The notes under the pieces: model-generated
Seen by the model: only the letters and a program-made list of their open reading frames with translations
Database searches by the model: none
Told to the model about the DNA's origin: nothing
Shown here: in pieces, positions 59,901 through 64,000 of the stretch
Position numbering within the stretch: position 1 is the first letter of the stretch
Layout of the letters: each line of letters opens with the position of its first letter
Program-made: the position numbers and the translations under genes
Source: Massalongia carnosa
Lineage: Eukaryota
Direction of reading: 5' to 3'
DNA: 64,000 nt
Assembly: GCA_965645245.1 (NCBI GenBank)
Contig: OZ287087.1
Span: 124,001 to 188,000, forward strand

Positions 59901-61829
59901 ATTGCCTTGTGGCAGCAATTGTGGCAATTAGACACATCAGTAGATTGCTTATCGCTTTGTTTTACAGACGAGGACAGACTCTTGCTCGGAGCGCTCAGAA
60001 ACAATCGATTGATGATCTGGGATCTCACTACTGGTCTTCTGAGGGATTCTACGGAGTGGACGAGGGACAATGAAGACAAGTGCACTCACGCCTATCGCCG
60101 GCCTATAGCCGCTGCGATTTGTGTAGAATCGAGTCTCCTCGCCATTGTATATAGAGGGCAAGACATACTCATCTGGGACATTGAAAGAAACTCAGTGCAC
60201 GAGACTTACGGAAAAGAAACGGGAGCTCACCAAGATGACACGGTAACGAGAAATGTCAAGGCCTTTGTGACAGGGGGGTTAGTTTTTAGCGCAGATCCAA
60301 ATGCTGCTCTGCTCGCCGCCTCTTATTCGGACGGTGATCTCGTCTTATTCGATATCTATGAAGGCACTGTGAAGGAGAAAACACTGGCAAACGCGCAGAT
60401 CCTCGCCAGTTCCCCCAATGGACGCACACTAGCTGCTGCTGATTCTGTAGGCACAATACAAATATTCGACTTCGAAAGTCTTAAACTTTTGTACTGTATA
60501 AGTTCAGAGGAATACGGCATCAAGTCGTTGGCATTTAGTGGAGACAACTGTCGTTTACTGGAAATCAGAGGATCAGAATGCCGAGTTTGGGACCCAGCTA
60601 TTCTACTTCGACAGGATGATGATGAAGAGAACAGCGACACAGTTTCTGTTTCCACGCTTCCCCAGGAAATCAGATTGGAGTCCTCCGAGGATATTGTATT
60701 GATCACTTCCTTAGCTTGCCATGGGAGTGGTGAATTCTTCTTCTGCGGTAAATCGGACGGAGCAATCTATCTATACGACAGTGAATCTGGCTTGGAGATT
60801 CAAAAACTCATCAGCCATTCAAATGGAGCCTCAATCTTGTTGCTCTACTTCAACAATCAAAGCAATATTTTGAGTAGTGTAGATGCATCTAGCCGAGTAA
60901 TGAGTCACAAATTATCTCCACAAGACAAGTCCTGGAAGGCGGTCAAGCCTTCGGTCGATCATCGTCTCGGTGTGGCCGCTGATCAGGTGTTGAGTAATGA
61001 GAAGGGCACGCGAGTGCTTGTGTCCTCAGCCAGCAAAGTCGTGCTTTATTTAATTGCCCTGGACGGAAGTTCGACTATGACGAGCATTGAAAGTGTGGAT
61101 CGTCGACCGCACAGATGGGCAAACAATCCATCAAATCATAATCAACTTATATTAATATGTAATGAAAGAGCGCACTTGTATGAATGGGAGACACTTAAAA
61201 GACTGACGACCTCTGAGGGCATAATATTTGATGGCAACCTACTCCCGCAACTTTCAATACGATCTCTTACCCCTTGTGCACAGGGCCGTTACCTTGCCGC
61301 CACGTTCAGTGAGCTTTCGGGATCATTTTCTAGGTCCAAAAAACTTCTGCTGTGGAGGACGTCGGATTTCTCCATTCAGTCTCCCTCAATAGCGGCTGTT
61401 CCATCAAATCAAGTTCTCGTCGATCAAGTCCATTTTTTGATTGGCACTTACGGGCAGAGACTAATTTTTCTACACTGCAATGGCTGGGTCTGCTCGATAG
61501 ATATGTTGAAACCAAATGTCGATCATCACGTTCGTCACTTCTTCATTCCAGTTGACTGGCTGAGCGCCAGTATCGATCTGATAATTGATGTGACTTGCAA
61601 TGGAGATATCGTCTATGTTAAGAGACACGAAGTTGCAGTAATTAAGCGCGGCCTCCAGGCCACCGAGCAAGGGCCAGCTTCAGTCGGCAAGAGATCCTCA
61701 GAGATAGGTGCGAAAAGACCGTCACTACGAGTAACGAAGAGCCAAATGTCGGAAGAAACATTTGTGAGACCTTATCCAGAAAGGGAATGGTCCTCACTGC
61801 CGGTAGGAAGGACCAAAGAACTAGAATGA
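56985..61829 (+). CDS. Fungal NLR: alpha/beta-hydrolase (SesB-like)-NACHT-WD40, ~1580 aa, 2 exons
   Basis: Intron 57354-57455 (GTACGT...CTGAC...CAG) joins the two ORFs in frame. Hydrolase motifs VFVHGLGG, GHSMGG, TPHRGS and NHREICKY. Walker A SAKPATGKT, Walker B WVIDALDE, and C-terminal WD repeats. Confidence 0.93.
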
Positions 61830-62376
61830 TTGTTTCCAATACCATTTACTGCATGGAAACGACATTTATCAAAAACAAAGAGCTCATGATCAGAGCATAA
61901 CTATCTCACAGTAGGAAGATACAATTATTCTAATTCCCCCCGAGTGAACGTAGCCTTCATATTTGCAAAAAATTGATTAGACGTGCACAAATAATGCATT
62001 TGCAGCTTTCAACTATCGAAATAAACCCTTCCCTGATCTAAGACGGAATCACTTAAAAGATTTTCGAAAGTGACCTAGGGGCTTAGATCTGTAAGTGAAT
62101 ACAGTCATTCTTATGACGGCCAGCCTTTGTTCCAAACCCCAGAATCATTTCTTTCTCTAAGCGCTCTATCATGTATTTTCCTGAGATACTAATAATTATA
62201 ATCCATAGAAAAATAGATACCATAGACTTCATCTTGAAAACCCCGTCTTTCAAACTTAATCAATTCGTTATACATCGACTCAGAATTTGAATAACTTCTT
62301 TAAAGACCGTCAAAGGTAATTTATGAGTTCTGAATTTCAAAATATTTAATTAGACATATTTTGCAACCTGATCACC

Positions 62377-62815
62377 TGTCATGAAATAAAGTTTGAGTTA
62401 AAACCCAATTGATTACCCCGAACCGCCAAGCGGCGATCGAGGTAAAAGCCACCTGAAAGCCTATTCAGATTTATCCTCGGTATGAGTCTGAATAAACCCC
62501 TTACTCCACTCCACCAATCTCCTCACTCCACTATACCCTCTTATTGCTAGAACGATCACATCCACTAGCCCACTTATCGCCCCACCTTATCGCCGCCACT
62601 ATCACCAAAATCTCTCATCTAGGGTGAAGGTAAAACATGAGAAAGAAGGGGCTGGCTCAGGTATAGAAAGAGGACATACAGTAGGTAGTTGACTCCTCGT
62701 CCGACGTCTTGTATAGCAAACCACCTCCTAGCTATAGCCTCATTAATAAAGACATCTTTATCATCCAATCCAATTCCTAGGAACATTAGTTTAATTCCCA
62801 ACCCAGTCCTTGACA
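62377..62815 (+). repeat. Solo LTR (Gypsy-type)
   Basis: TGTCATG...CTTGACA with TSD TCACC (62372-62376, 62816-62820). The 3' part is homologous to the LTR at 15322-15769. Confidence 0.92.
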
Positions 62816-63099
62816 TCACCCGAAAAATATCTTAAAAGTTTTATAAATTAAATTCGGTTTACTGATAAAATAATATAACTGTGGGTTTACCCCAACTCGT
62901 GGCACCAGACGTATGACTACGTCAGTGCTTGAGTTGGATGGTAAAGTTGTTCTATTAGCTAGTAGCGAGCGTGGGCTATATAGGCGTGTGCCCCTTTTCG
63001 GGGTCACGTGGCTGGCTAGGCGTCCCGTGCCTAACAGTAACGCGGGCCTTAATAGCCTCTAGTCGTGCCTACAGCCCGTTCTATCTACTAGTGTTACTA

Positions 63100-63523
63100 A
63101 CAATAACATAATAATCTTTACTGAAAATATATACAGGTTCTATCAATTTGCGAAGGAAATCTTTTTATATTTTACAATTAATTATCTTCTTTCGAAAATA
63201 AGAGAAAATATTGTTTTTAAATTATTCAATTTTTATTTTAAATTTCTCTTTAACATTAAACAATACGCAAATTTTAAAACAAATATTATTTAAGTTATCA
63301 ATTGATTAAAAACTCTGATAATGTTTCAATTTCTAATTATGTGTCAAATTCGAAAAAAAAACTATTTAACGAGAATTTTGCTTTCTTCGTCAACGTAATA
63401 TAAAATAAATGCAATGATTCTATAATTACTAGAGATACGTAAACAATTAAATATGAATTAAATTAGTATTATCTGAAATATGCTCTTCTGAATTATTAGT
63501 AAATTAATCGCGAGAAACTTAAT
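63100..63523. other. Very AT-rich, hypermutated-looking relic
   Basis: Abrupt AT enrichment with almost no CC or GG while CG dinucleotides persist. Confidence 0.6.
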
Positions 63524-63593
63524 TGTAGTTAAATGGTATATCAGGTAGGGAGGAGAGAAGACTGCATGAAGGTGTGTTCTATTGAGATCTGTC

Positions 63594-64000
63594 TGTCATG
63601 GAGTGACTGGGCATCTGCCAGTTAGTTCATTGAATCAACCTTAGCTGCTTGAACGAAGCACTAGCCGGTTAGCCATCCGAAAGGAACTAAGCTTAATCCG
63701 GTTCAAAGGTAAGTGTTCCGACCGTCAATAGTGTCATGGCGATAGTTTCATGCTAGGGACTTGGGGAAATTGGATCAACGGCTGGATTGGGACTAGTTCC
63801 GTTCGCCAGAGTCTTATACTCGCCCACGTTGGATTTTCTGTTTCTTTTCTCCTTGTCGAACGTCTTGTCCACCTAGCTAGACAATCAAGTAACACACGTT
63901 TGCACCACCTGAATTCTTACCTGACCTCGCACCGTGACACTACGTTCGACCTGCCTATTCACCTGGTGCATCACCAACATGTCCATCAACCTCAACCCCC
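63594..64000 (+). mobile_element. 5' LTR and PBS of a third Gypsy element running off the window
   Basis: LTR at 63594-63939 is followed by ACGTTCGAC (63942-63950), complementary to the LTR-internal GTCGAACGT (63855-63863). Confidence 0.85.

Noticed and set aside
63524..63593. tRNA or tRNA-derived SINE head (TAGTTAAATGG resembles an A-box)
   Set aside because: No convincing B-box or cloverleaf.

Overview
Eukaryotic sequence, most likely from a filamentous ascomycete, judged by the short GT-AG introns, fungal TE families and CpA>TpA stop codons. Most of the window is a nest of transposons: one young chromodomain Ty3/Gypsy element with identical LTRs and one frameshift, plus truncated relatives and many solo LTRs. 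It also holds a degenerate Ty1/Copia, an 890-bp Copia-type TRIM, Tad1-like LINE pieces, several Tc1/mariner, pogo/Fot1, Mutator and hAT copies, and a tyrosine-recombinase (DIRS/Ngaro-type) retroelement split by a pogo insertion. Only four host-type genes look intact. Three form an intronless island at 30.4-36.6 kb: an ankyrin-repeat protein, a divergently transcribed secreted protein with a CD38/ADP-ribosyl-cyclase-like motif, and a secreted Cys-containing protein. The fourth is an alpha/beta-hydrolase-NACHT-WD40 NLR at 57-61.8 kb. The best candidate for a new system is the secreted NADase-like toxin plus ankyrin immunity pair, which is inferred from motifs by eye. All calls were read by eye and no database search was run.
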